From Antedon mediterranea (Eukaryota > Animalia > Echinodermata), in NCBI RefSeq assembly GCF_964355755.1, contig NC_092676.1:29406871-29470870 (forward strand): a DNA stretch of 64,000 nt, written 5' to 3'. Every line of letters begins with the position of its first letter. The stretch's first letter is position 1. The notes beneath the pieces were generated by a model, which saw nothing but the letters and a program-made list of their open reading frames with translations, searched no databases and was not told the origin of the DNA. Position numbers and translations under genes: made by a program. Below, piece by piece: positions 50,346 to 63,315 of the stretch.

Positions 50346-50587
50346 CTTTTGAATTGCAATCTTTAAAATTCGTCATTAATAAATAAAACATTTGGAATGA
50401 TATATAGAGCAGAAATAATTGGATTCCTTTTGTTGTTGAATTTTTATTAGCAAAGTGTTTGTACATAATATAATATTTATTCAATGCTTTCTACATCATT
50501 TCTGGATTTTATAACTGTATCTGTTAACACTGCATATAAACCAGTGAATTCAGAAGGGTCTTAGATGACGTGCCTAGTTCTTCAATA

Positions 50588-50781
50588 TTGTGCCCAAATA
50601 TGGTAGTGATATGCCCAAATATGGTATTGTTGTGACATCATCATGTCCATATATGGGCACATCACATTTTTTTGGTCATATAACGATTGATTAACACTCG
50701 CACTGTTACCTGTATTTGAGCATACCACTACCATATTTGAGTACATCACACATTTTTTGTCAAACTAGTTTGATAGTGTAG
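50588..50781. mobile_element. MITE family 1 remnants downstream of CFAP47
   Basis: gtgcccaaatatggtagtgatatg core and gtcaaactagtttgatagtgtag end. Confidence 0.75.
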
Positions 50782-51368
50782 TTTATGCCACAAAATGTGT
50801 TTAAGCATATGCTGTATTTCAAGTTAACCTAAATAAAATTGTGTCAGCGATTAAATATGTATGATTGAAAAGAGTATAACTTTTATTATTTAGAAGTGAT
50901 TGAAAAGAATGTGTTTGTAAATAGTATTTCAATGTGCACATATTTAAATTAGATTTTATTGATTGAATATATTATTGTTGCATATTCTGTGTTTGCTTAG
51001 TTTTTATTTCGCGATTTCAATTCAATTCAATTCAATTTCTTTATTGCTGCAAATGCCATCAAGGGCTAATATCCGCTTAAACATACTACATCATACAAAC
51101 ATAATTATACATATTTACATTTGAGTCTCACCCTATTCAGGAAAGGACCCAGAATTTAAGGTGTAACGAGTAGATATACAGAAACGTCCTTTGGGACTCA
51201 TCAAAAGTATCCCTTTGATAGGGAGGCTGGAATTCTTGAAAATTGCCCCTCTTTCTCGTGAAACTGTCCCCTTAGTCCCAAAATAGGGGTTACTGTAGGC
51301 TAATTATAAGTACACTGTTACATTTTTCTATAGAATTAAATAAAGTCACGTCCGAGTCCGTGATCATG

Positions 51369-51633
51369 CCCTTATTCTTTGATTCTCTCCCTCATCTTTT
51401 GATTCTCTCCCTTATTCTTTGATTCTCTCCCTCATCTTTTTATTCTCTCCCTTATTCTTTGATTCTCTCCCTCATCTTTTTATTCTCTCCCTTATTCTTT
51501 GATTCTCTCCCTCATCTTTTTATTCTCTCCCTTATTCTTTGATTCTCTCCCTCATCTTTTTATTCTCTCCCTTATTCTTTTTTTCTCCCCATCATCTTTT
51601 GATTCTCTTCATCATTCTTTTTTTCTCTCCCTC
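51369..51633. repeat. Polypyrimidine 20/40-bp minisatellite
   Basis: Alternating cccttattctttgattctct and ccctcatcttttkattctct units. Confidence 0.93.
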
Positions 51634-54567
51634 TAAACTTCAAATGATGCATTCTCAGTGACGTTAACAAAATTAACTCGCTTGTTTTCTGATGAAGATC
51701 TGTCACTCGTTGCCCGTTTTGAGCACCCTCAACCAAATGAATCAATCAATCTACACCTTGTAACTTCAACGTACATTCGTTCGTTATTGATGATAAGGCG
51801 AATGGTGATTATCAACATGAAACTATAAAGTTCGAATGAATACGTAAACATGATGAGATATGTTACCTGCATTAATCCTCGTGGGTATTTTAGTCTGCAG
51901 GTCGTCTGAGATGTCGTAATTCATCATGCTTAATGAAGTACTTAGAGGTAAGTAGGTAAACAAGGCCTAACTTTTTCTGTTCTGGTTTATTCACTGCATT
52001 GCAGAATAAAATAAATTGCGTTATACATTCAAATAAACATCTATAAGAATATAACATTTCTACAAAAGTTAAATGTTAAGGCACAAACGCCGCGAGATTA
52101 TAAAACTGTGCAAATGAGCTAGTATTTTATTTTTAATTCGTAACAGACAAACGACGAAAAAATAGGCCTACATTAAAATGAATGTGCCAAAATAAAAAAA
52201 ATAGTTTAGATACGCAATAACAAAAAAGGGCAAAAATACACCTAAGATTATAAAACTATTGAAAGGAATTGGGGTTAATGCACTGCCACTTAAAATGTAA
52301 ATAATGTAATTATAGATGATTTATTAACGTTTATAAATCGAATAAAAACATTTTTGTGATTAGACATTATTTGTTCAATTCATTCATGTTCCAGAGAACT
52401 TCACTCAATGTGGTATAACCTTTTTCATTTCCTCACCAGATATTGATGCCATGCCTGTAGGCCTTGTTATCTTGTCTTCGTGTGCCCTGGGTAAGTTCTT
52501 ATTCTTACTTTGACATTTCAATAGTCCTTGATATTTCCAAAACTGGAAAGCAAGCGTCAATGTTGCAAGTACACATCAAACTAATTACAACATCAAAACT
52601 ATTTGAATTCACATGAGAGCGTGTTTGTAATTAATGTTTAAAGCGACCGTATTTGGAATTAGTTTGAGAAGACGTTGTGGGCCATGAATGAATGAAATCA
52701 ATAACATTGAATTGAAATGTCATAGCTACTGTTTAATATGCGTTAATGAAAGTTCATGCAAAATGTTGCAAACATTAGCAACGATTTTTCAAATCTAATG
52801 TAATTTACAAGGTAATACATATTATGTGTAACCTATAAGAACAAGCATGTGTAACAACCAGCGACACATTTTATAATTAAAGCAATCAGTGAAAATTAAA
52901 AATCGATTTTTATGAAATTTTTACATAAATCTAAATGTCATTTTCTTATAACTGAAAACACAATTCTATAATGAAAATGTTTTTACTCTCGCATATGGTT
53001 GAAAGATTTGCATCATCGTTTAAATATATGTTCTCAGTGTGTGTCGATAACTTTTTGTTAGATTTGTTGACAACCGACTTAAAATAAATGGACTAGCGCC
53101 ACCTTAGCTTACATGTATAATATCTTAGAGGGTATAAGATCTTTGTTAGAGGGGTCACGGTGGATAGAGGGGTATATTTGTGAAGTGGAGCCTCGTGTGT
53201 AAGGAGAGCCAAAATGTTTTATATTGGGGGCTGAAAACTGTAAAACAACTGTAATTGCATTTTCATAATTATTCATATCAAAATATAACTTTTATTATAT
53301 AACCGTTTTTTAAAGAATTGTCTTATGAGAAAGTTATGTTATATAGTCACAACCCGAGTCACAAGTGTAAAATCCTAAGTCGTGAGAATACAACTAACAA
53401 TTTATTACGCGTCAGGTAACCCCAAAGAAACGCGTCAGGTACCCAACGAAACGCGTCATAGCTCGCGATACAACGCGTTCATGTCGAACACATTTTCAAG
53501 CTTGTTACCCAATGTCATACTTTTATATAACGCGTTTACTTGTAGGCGTGGTTATGTATTAGGGCGAGCGTTGACGCTTTATGTTATCAATTCCATCTAT
53601 GATTGGCTGCCCGCCGTCGATAAAAATCATGATAACACGTGATTTGGCAATGTAAATAAATAAAATGATTTCACTAAGAAATAAATAGATTTGATACATC
53701 AAGCTGTAGGTTTTGTTCCTGATACTTACAGTATTAATCAAGGTATTCCAACACACACTCGACGACAAGGAGTACTGATAATGGGTTGAAGATCCGTTTG
53801 AAATCATTACGACGCATTTAAAATCTATTATCTACGAATTCGGATATTGCTACTCTATATATTCTGTTTTGGAATGTTCTCACGAAAATAGTAAGTACAT
53901 CTATTCCTATATGTTATTTTATTATTTGCCTATTGGAATAGGAACATGTATCGTAGTTGTTTATTTTGGTATATTTTTGGTCATTATGGTGCTGATCGCA
54001 TCGCTGACATATCTGCATGAAGGTAGTCCTCTCAGAATAGGCACATGTTATCAGAGAATATCATGATGATAATGTAATTTTGCTGTGAACTTTACTGATG
54101 TTTAAACTCATTACCGCATCGGATTAACTCAAAGGATGTTTGGTTTGTGTGTACGTCTAATTATTGTACAAAGTTCATGTTTTGTTTTTTATTAATGCTC
54201 TGACATTTATAATAGGCTGTGACTGAATGATTGTCACATACTTCCTAATATGAAAGCCTCGTCCATTTAAAAACTTATCCAAATTGTGTTTATTCATAGC
54301 CAATGTTTACTATTCTTTAATTCCCAACCACCACCAGTGGTATATCAAGAGTGACTCATTATGTTTAACCCGTTTAAACAAAACAATCAAGGAGCCGATC
54401 GACTGTCCCTTTTACTTTTGCTCGCGTTATCATATTTGTTTATGCAGTATTCTCCCGAAGCAGGTTTTGCAAGCTAGATTTACAGGTTTAAATTGGCTCC
54501 AATCGGTATATATTAAAAAGGCCATATACATGGCTGCAGTCGCGTGGTCAAATTTGAGTTAGTGTTT

Positions 54568-54640
54568 ACCGACCGACCGACCGACCAACCGACCGACCGA
54601 CATAGTAACCCGTAGAGTCGCGTTTGCACTCAACTAAAAT
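54568..54640 (+). mobile_element. Helentron/HINE-like 3' end
   Basis: (accg)n microsatellite followed by catagtaacccgtagagtcgcgtttgcactcaactaaaa. The class assignment is inference. Confidence 0.45.
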
Positions 54641-56063
54641 GGTGTAAGAAAAGTATACTAATATATTTATTATTATAAACACTAGTATTGTGGTAGGTTT
54701 GGCAGTCATTAAAAACATACAGTAGACTAAGAGCCTATATTTTGTCATTTGGACAGACAAAGTACAATAATTTGACTTCTTTGTAGGCTAGTTGATTAGT
54801 TAAAGTATGTATATCAATAAGTAGGTATTTATTCCCTCCATTTGCCGAACTTAATTGCTATATTGGAAGAACAGTAATGGCAAAATATATAATAATGTAG
54901 ATCGTAATACATTAGATACTATTAGTAGTTTGTTGATTTCCTTTTCTCTGCCGACCTTTTAATATCTTTCTCTTCCTCCCCGAAATAATTGTACCTATAC
55001 TTTCATTTTCTTTAAGCCTCTCTGTCCCAAAATGGTTGTTACCTTTAAACCCACTTGGCGCACCTTCTCATTTCCTGATTTTGTTGTATGAATTACAGAG
55101 AAGTTTATTTTCAAATGTTTGTTTTTTAATATGTTCAGTAATAATCACAAAATCGAAGGATAATCTAGAACATAACGTTCTCATTTCCTTTAAAATCCTC
55201 ATTTGATTAATTTGAAATTCTAATTTCCAAGGCTTACGCACGGACTTGGCTTAATGTATTCTTAGGAATTCGTGAATGATATTACAACGTTATTAGCTTG
55301 TTTGGCAATGAAGGCAACTCACGAAAAGGTTCTCAAATACGAACACCTATTAGTTAAAAAAAAAACTTAAGGAAGAATACCGTAAAATAGAATCACAAAC
55401 ATTGTTAGTAAAAGAAGTAGGCTTAGAGGCCTAAAAATGAACCGTTGCCATTTTGAAAATGTGATAATGTCAGAAAGACGTGAAAATGCTTTTTGGGGCA
55501 CAATACATAGGCCTACTATTAATGTATAATAATGTTTTATTATAAATATGGTATGATGTAAGCCAAATACAGATAATTATCACATTTTATAGTTCCTTTT
55601 CCTTTTTCTCCATCATTTTAAGAGAGGCATCACTTTCTTACTATTGGTATTATTAGCTATTTTTTAATGTCTGTATTCAGTTAAAAATAAAAAATTTGAA
55701 TCTAAAATTGTCCATCGGAATTGCATAGCTGTCGTAAAAAAACATTATCATTGGTGACAATTTAAAATAGTAAAACCCTATTAAAAAAACAACGATCTTT
55801 TTATCATGGCCTTAAGTTCGTCACCTGGAATTAGCGATAGGTAAGTACCAGTAGGTCCCCTGACATCCCACAAATTTGTTAGGATCTTGCAAAACATCTT
55901 ATTCGACAAGTTTAAAGTCGTAAAATTGTCGCCACGGTTCACGGTTAGGTTACATCCTGTGGTGCGTGCGGTGATTATACAATGTTAAAACAACCCATTT
56001 GACGTTTGTATCGTGAGTGGGGTACTATGAAGACGAGAAGGCCGTTAAAGGGATTTGTAATCA

Positions 56064-56214
56064 AGTTTGGTTTCCACTAGCTAAGCAACGCAAGGACGTG
56101 ACGCAACGTACAAGTGATTTGACCACAGTCACACAGTCACAGTGGCTTGTGTTTGGTCAACACGCTTGCGTTGCGTTTACTTCCTTGTGTTACGTCCTAG
56201 TTGGGAACCAAGCT
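56064..56214. mobile_element. MITE family 2 (PIF/Harbinger-like)
   Basis: agtttggtttccactag ... ctagttgggaaccaagct with a palindromic acgcaacg/cgttgcgt interior. Confidence 0.85.
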
Positions 56215-57362
56215 TAATATAAGGAACATATCTGGTAATATTCTGAGGTAGTACGATTTGTATAGTTTTTGCTTTATTACAGGTCTATATCTTCTATATA
56301 GACCCACAGTTCACAAATACATCCCATTCAACTTGTTGAAAAGACAACCCAAGAATTGTTCTTCATAAAAAATATAGTTTGAAGTTTTACAAACATTGAA
56401 TGCTTAAATTAGTATAGTACCTTTGGGGGGCCGTGTTCTATATGTTACTGAATAAACTCCCCGATTGGGACATTTGGTACACAAACATAATTATGCCACT
56501 CTTCCATAATATATAATGCCAATCCAGGAGCAAGCACGTTAAAATAATAATTATAATAAAATAAGTTGACAGGTTAAAGTCATTAAATATCGATATAGCT
56601 GTTAAAATAGTTATATCTTGGATGTAGTATTCCCTTAGTACGAAACCTTTAACCCGAACCTTCAAAATAAACGAAAGGGTAAATAGAAAAGCCAGTGAAT
56701 TTAGGACCTCCTGTAGATGACGAAATGAGTTTTCATCGCCAGCAATTCGGCACGTAATACTTAAAGATGTCTCCCAAAAACTTTAAAAATGAAGAATAAA
56801 ATCAGACTTTAAATAGGTTATTTTGTAGTTTTAACAAAGTTATCACTTCTAAAAAGACAAAAGAACGAATAAACCATTTTTTGCTTTAAATTACTTTTTT
56901 TTCGAGGTAAATAATTTTTTTTTTTATTCAGTTTTGGGTCAAATCTTTATAAAATAACTATTACGTGACATTAAAATGGCATTATAAAAAAAAGTGAAAA
57001 AAAATATTTATTTAATATTTTTCAGGGGCACAATGTATATCTTTAAGTAACAGCAAAACAACGTGTTACGCACATGAAGCGAACGCAAGTAATTTAATCC
57101 AATCACGAGCGACAATTCTTATAATATTTAACGTTCTTGATCTGCGCCAGTTGATTCCCAATGCATCGATTCTGCGATGTCTTTTTCGAGGAATTTACAA
57201 ACGGTTTCTTTTACCATGGGAATTCCTTAAATTTGGTTTGTTACCTCAGCCTATTTTCATAATGTTAAGCTCCAGTGGTGTTCGGGTTAAGAAAATGGGC
57301 GTTTCTTGATTCTGGCCGATACCAATTATTATAATGTTAAGCTCCAGTGGTGTCCGGGTTAA

Positions 57363-57524
57363 AGCTTGGTTCCCACTAGGACACAACGTAAGGACGTAAG
57401 ACGCAACGCAGGCGAATTGACCGATCAAAAGCAATAGAATATTCGAACTCTCGCTTATGATTGGTCAATTTCCTTGTGTTGCGGCTTACGTCCTTGTGTT
57501 TCGTCCGAATTTCGTTTCGTCAAT
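57363..57524. mobile_element. MITE family 2, right TIR lost
   Basis: agcttggttcccactaggacacaacgtaaggacgtaag ... cttacgtccttgtgtttcgtcc, TAA on both flanks. Confidence 0.85.
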
Positions 57525-57940
57525 TAAGAAAATTGGCGTTGATTCTGGCCGATACGAATTATCATAATCAACATACAGTTATCCTGACCACCTGTATCGT
57601 GATCTTCTTAAGCTTGAGTTGCCACTAGGATTCAACACAACCAATCACGGCACAATGGGATCGCCTAAACTGTCGATTGTGGTTGTCATCGCTCCAGTAA
57701 CAGTTATTCCCTTATCGTATTCCCTTATCGTCGTATTGAGTAAAAAAAGAAAATTATCAAATCAGACGGCGTTTCTGTAGTTCAAAACCTCAAAATCTGG
57801 AGTTTAATGAAACACTTTCTAAGTAATTAGTAAGTTGTTTCGCCGAAGACAAAATTAGAAAAAAAATTATGTAACGAATTTCTTTTTAAAAGCAGCTGTG
57901 TTTTGGAATAACTGGTCTTGATACAGACTAGGGGCAAGTC

Positions 57941-58735
57941 AAACTGATAGGATGGTCATGGGATAATTATGAATTCTGTACTCGCGTGTCAACTTGACGG
58001 CACGCGCGCTCAAATACTGATAGGATGATCATGGATGATTATGAATTCTTTAATCGCGTGCCAACTTGACCACAAGTGCGTTCAAATACTGATAGGATGA
58101 CCATGGATGATTATCAATTCTGTACTCGCGTGTCAACTTGACTGCACGCGCGCTCAAATACTGATAGGATGATCATGGATGATTATCAATTCTGTACTCG
58201 CGTGCCACCTTGACGACACGCGTGCTTAAATACTGATAGAATGATCATGGGATGATTATCAATTCTGTACTCGCGTGTCAACTTGACTGCACGCGCGCTC
58301 AAATACTGATAGGATGATCATGGATGATTATCAATTCTGTACTCGCGTGTCAACTTGACTTCACGCGCGCTCAAATACTGATAGGATGATCATGGATGAT
58401 TATCAATTCGGTACTCGCGTGCCACCTTAACGACACGCGTGCTTAAATACTGATAGAATGATCATGGATGATTATCAATTCTGTACTCGCGTGTCAACTT
58501 GACTGCACGCGCGCTCAAATACTGATAGGATGATCATGGATGATTATCAATTCTGTACTCGCGTGCCACCTTGACGACACGCGTGCTTAAATACTGATAG
58601 CAGGATAATGGGATGATTATGAATTGTGTACTCGCGTGCCACCAATTTGACGACACGCGCGCTCAAATACTGATAGGATGATCATGGGATGATTATCAAT
58701 TCTGTACTCGCGTGCCAACTTTGACGGCACGCCGC
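57941..58735. repeat. About 72-bp CpG-rich minisatellite, about 11 copies
   Basis: Unit aaatactgataggatgatcatggatgattatcaattctgtactcgcgtgtcaacttgactgcacgcgcgctc. Confidence 0.95.
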
Positions 58736-59684
58736 CATATGTTGATAGATAGATGTTTATATCGTAAACTTGACATTCGCTGTAATTAATGGAATTGAGA
58801 TATCGTTCATTCAGTTCATGATAAGTGCTGACATTCATCAATGGACAACTGAGTTCGTTATGTAAACTGTTGCGTCATCACGATAAGCACGTCATAAATT
58901 AGGTTTTTTTAAATTTCATTTCATTTATTTTTGTCTCCATAAAAATACGATTTTTGTTGATTAACTATATACAGACTTTATTTTTTTTTTTTTTTCATTT
59001 CATTTATTTTTGTCTCTATAAAAATACCGATTTTGTTGATAAATTCGGTATACAGACTTTAAAAAAAAAATTTATTTCTTTTATTTTTGTGTCCATAAAA
59101 ATACAATTTTTGCTGGTAAATTATACAAACTTTATTTTTTAATAAAATGATCAAATTATTAAATAGGCCTATAGCTGATAATTCGCAATATGGCGGAATG
59201 TTAATAAAAATATTGTTTAGGCCTACGTTCTAGTTATTTCAGTAACAAATGTTCATGTTATTTCTAACGTTTCATCGAACCTTTCTATATTTGTGACAAG
59301 CAGCTTCAGTAATTCATTGAATTTGTTATGTGATTTATAACTATGTTTAAATGCATATAAATAAATTCCAACTGTTGAAAAAAAATAAACTGTTGAAAAC
59401 TATAATATAAACTGTCTACACATGTGAATAAATGCAAGGTTAGTGGGTCACAAAACAACCCCATAGAAAGAAGGATACTACGACAACTTATGATTTGCCG
59501 CCGCAATTAATGCAACGTAAAGGATTCTACTTTACTAGTATATGGTGTATATTTGAAGAGGTACATATAAACTGCATGTTGTAGTATTTAGGAGATAATT
59601 TACCATCAAAGGGTAGAATACAGAATCATAGTTGATGGTTTTATATCTTTAATTTTTTTAGAGTAACAATCAAAAGTGTTCAAG

Positions 59685-60740
59685 ATGCCGGTAGAGGAGG
59701 GAGTAGTCTATGACATTGAGTGGGTATTGGCCAACTACAATGGGACGATATATTATGAAGATGCCCAAGGAAGTACTGAAAACTGGAGACTGATAACTAC
59801 TACGTGTGTAGGTACAATTGCAGTGATTGCCAACGTTCTGTTGCTGTTTATTGTCGTGGTCATGGTAGACACACGTAAAAAGCCTTCCATGATACTGGTT
59901 GCTAACATCACAATCGCTGACTTACTCATGGTTATAAATAGATCCTTCTACGTCGTCATTTTCTACACGTATGTGGGCCAAGATCTTGAACGTACAGAGT
60001 TTTACTGTAAATTTAGCAGCGGAACTTATATATTAGCATTTACTTGTTCAAGTTATACGCTCGCGTCTCTTGCGGGTACGCGTTACCAGGGTATTGTGCG
60101 TCCTTTTGGGAAACTCTCTCGGCATCCACGTAGATTCAGACATATCTTGATAACCTCTGTCGTTATCTGGATTATGTCAATATTAATAAGCATTCCACAG
60201 TATATTTTAGCCACGAATGGCAACGATACGTTTTCCGACACGCATCAGTGTGAATATCTACCGCATTTTACAACGCTTGCCAAAACGCACGAGATTCTCT
60301 TTGTAACCCTTTCTTACATTTTGCCTCTTTTTATAATTGGATTTTGCTACGGTGGAATCTCGCTTTATTTACGGAAGTCGTCACGAGAATTACGCGAAAT
60401 GGACAAACATTCGTTAAACGTCACAAAAGTGGTCAAGCGTCGAACGCGTCTGGCGAAATCGTTTGTGTGTGTCGTAATCGCTTTTGCTTTGATGTATTTT
60501 CCCAGCATGCTCTATCGTATCCTTGTACAATTTCAAATCGTAGGTCACAATACGGCGTTGTACATGAGCGGTGTTGCAACCATCACGTGTTATTTAAACA
60601 CCTGCGTCAATCCAATCATGTTCTGTTTTTTCACCAAGAATATCAGACAGGGATTCATTGATATGTTTTTCTGCCGATGGAAGAAAATTAAACTCTACAA
60701 TGTGAATTCTACAAACTCTAGAACACGAACGAAAACGTAA
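59685..60740 (+). CDS. Class A (rhodopsin-like) GPCR, peptide-receptor-like, intronless CDS, 351 aa
   Basis: Seven hydrophobic segments. TM1 GTIAVIAN, TM2 NITIADLL, TM3 C...SSYTLASLAGTRYQGIVRP, TM4 W...IP, ECL2 Cys, TM5 YILPLFIIGFCY, TM6 FALMYFP, TM7 YLNTCVNPIMF, helix 8 with Cys. First ATG at 59685 follows an in-frame TAA (59664) and an acceptor (59661). Confidence 0.92.
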   Translation: MPVEEGVVYDIEWVLANYNGTIYYEDAQGSTENWRLITTTCVGTIAVIANVLLLFIVVVMVDTRKKPSMILVANITIADLLMVINRSFYVVIFYTYVGQDLERTEFYCKFSSGTYILAFTCSSYTLASLAGTRYQGIVRPFGKLSRHPRRFRHILITSVVIWIMSILISIPQYILATNGNDTFSDTHQCEYLPHFTTLAKTHEILFVTLSYILPLFIIGFCYGGISLYLRKSSRELREMDKHSLNVTKVVKRRTRLAKSFVCVVIAFALMYFPSMLYRILVQFQIVGHNTALYMSGVATITCYLNTCVNPIMFCFFTKNIRQGFIDMFFCRWKKIKLYNVNSTNSRTRTKT

Positions 60741-61162
60741 CAAGTTAGTAGACCTATGGAGTAAAGAATAATTATTCTTTACTCCATGGTAGACCTATGG
60801 CAATGTGTTGGTTTTTTGTTGATGGAAGACAACAAGAGAGTGCCTTTGAAAACATATTATAATTGTTTCAGTGGGACATATTTTGTGTAGTAAAATGCTG
60901 GAAATATATTGTTATAAAAAGGTTAACTTTTCTTTTTAATTCAGTTCTCAGGCTTTGTGTTAGACGGGTTTAGGCTATATATATATCATTTGTCGGATAT
61001 ATGCAATACATATGTATGTGTTTGATCTATTTAAACATAGGAACAAAGAAAATAATTAAGACTAGACATTTTGATGAGGGGTTTACTATTATTAGCTACA
61101 TGAAAATTATAGTAGTTTAAAAGTACATTTACATATCGGAACTTGTCGGAACTAGAATTCAG

Positions 61163-61810
61163 TCTTGATGAAACTATAGCATGTTAACAGGACGAAATTC
61201 TTGAAGAATCTATGGCATGTTAACAGGAGTAAAAAAATTGATGAAACTATGTTAACAGGAAGAAAATGTTGATGAAACTATGGCCTGTTACCAGGAAGAA
61301 AATCTTGATGAAACTATGGCCTTTTAGCAGGAAGAAAATCTTGATGAAACTATGGCATGTTAACAGGAAGAAAATGTTGATGAAACTATGTTCTGTTAAC
61401 AGGAAGAAAATGTTGAAAATATGGCCTGTTAACAGGAAAGAAAATCTTGATGAAACTATTGCCTTTTAATAGGAAGAAAATCTTGATGAAACTATTGCCT
61501 TTTAATAGAAAGAAAATCTTGATGAAACTATGGCCTGTTAACAGGAAGAAAATCTTGATGAAACTATGGCATGTTACATGAAGAAAATCTTGATGAAACT
61601 ATTTTAACAGAAAGAAAATCATAAAGAACTACGGTATGGCCTTTTAACAGGAAGAACATATTGATGAAATTATGGCATGTTAACAGAAAGAAAACTTTGA
61701 TAAAACTATGGTATGTTAACAGAAAGAACCTTGTTGAAACTACTTCTTAACAAGAAGAAAATCATGATGAAACTATGGCCTTTTAACAGGAAAACAATCT
61801 TGATGAAGAT
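61163..61810. repeat. Degenerate about 36-bp minisatellite
   Basis: Unit aaaatcttgatgaaactatggcctgttaacaggaag, roughly 18 diverged copies. Confidence 0.9.
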
Positions 61811-62284
61811 TATGTTTAAATTTGAATAGAACGACTATTTTTCAATTTACGTATACGTGTGTGAAAATGTATAACGCGTAGTTTTATAGGTTTTCCCTGT
61901 CAAATGAGGCTATTTATTTTGTAAAATTCAGCAAAATATTTTACATTAAAAATATATTACTGTTAAATATTTGAGTAAGCTGTGGTAAAGTGTAGAATTT
62001 TTGTAAAATTCGGAACAGATGTATAATAAATATACCTATATAATACATTTAATAGTGTTTTATAGTTTTTATAAGGTTAATACGAAAATGTGACCTTAGA
62101 GTGTGCCAATCTCTTGGAGACAATTTACATTCTCAAGACGACAGGCCAGTCAGCGACGAACCCGACAAGTGTCGGAAAGCCAACCATGCTAGTCAGGTGA
62201 TGTGTAATAATTTTAAATAAACAACATTAAAGATGAAATACATATTGAAATAATAGAAATAATTTGCTCTGTAGTAGACCCTAA

Positions 62285-62424
62285 AGCTTGGTTCCCACTA
62301 GGGCGCAGCGCATGCGAGTTGACCAATCAAAAGCGACAGTTTGAATAATCCATCGCTTTTGATTGGTCAATTGGATTGCGTTGCGGATTACGTCCTTGCG
62401 TTGCATCCTAGTGGGAACCAAGCT
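62285..62424. mobile_element. MITE family 2
   Basis: Perfect TIR agcttggttcccactagg / cctagtgggaaccaagct, TAA on both flanks. Confidence 0.92.
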
Positions 62425-63115
62425 TAATAAGGACGTAACGCAGGGGCGACGCAAGCGCCACTTTTGACTGATCAACATTAAACTCACTAGCTTCTGTTCC
62501 CGCTTGGACGCAACGCAATGAATAGCGAGAACCAAAGCGTTAGAGCAGAAGCCAATATGAAAACAATATTTCATTTCATACTTGTACTTCTCTCGTTTAA
62601 TATTGAAGTCAATCAGTCTATTGCGTGCAAATACAATTCCCAGTAGAGAGTTTTATTTTTACATTCCGGGTCATGATGTAGTATTTTCGAATTATTTACT
62701 TTATCACCTGTCATAATTGGTAGTGATACTGTACTAGTGTTTGCATCCAATATTGTTTTTTTACGACTTTATTTCGTGGAAAATCTCCGATAACGAATAC
62801 CACAGCCAACCGGAATATCGTAAATTCTTCTTCTTGTTACGGTGACTTGTAAGTGACATGGCAAAACGTTTATGACGCCGCGCTGCCGTGGCAGTTACAT
62901 GCCGCCACAGTTTCTGTGAGAGGATATTCTGAAAAGAACCAATACATAATTATAATGATGTATGATACTGTAGGCCTAATAGGTTCAATTTTTGATCGAA
63001 GCAAGATTCCGGCGTTGACGGATTTGAACGGTATTTAATTAAGTAATAGGCCTATTCGATTGAAGGCCTCCATGTACCAAAGCGCGTGGGAAGGGAACGG
63101 CGGGTTGTTAACTAA

Positions 63116-63315
63116 AGCTTGGTTCCCACTGGCGAAGCAACGTAATGCAACATACGCAACGTAAGAAAATGCTCTTCCAATAATTGTGTTTCCCCTCGCC
63201 TACTTGAAATCAAGAAGCCTGCACAGTTGTTGCGTCGTCAGTTCCACTTGTGATTACGCAATACATCCCTTTGCGTCGATACGTCGTTGCGTTGCGTCCT
63301 AGTGGGAACCAAGCT
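63116..63315. mobile_element. MITE family 2
   Basis: agcttggttcccact / agtgggaaccaagct, TAA on both flanks. Confidence 0.9.

Noticed and set aside
59676-59684. GTG start of the GPCR given in the ORF track
   Set aside because: The context is eukaryotic, and ATG 59685 (aagATG) is the plausible start.
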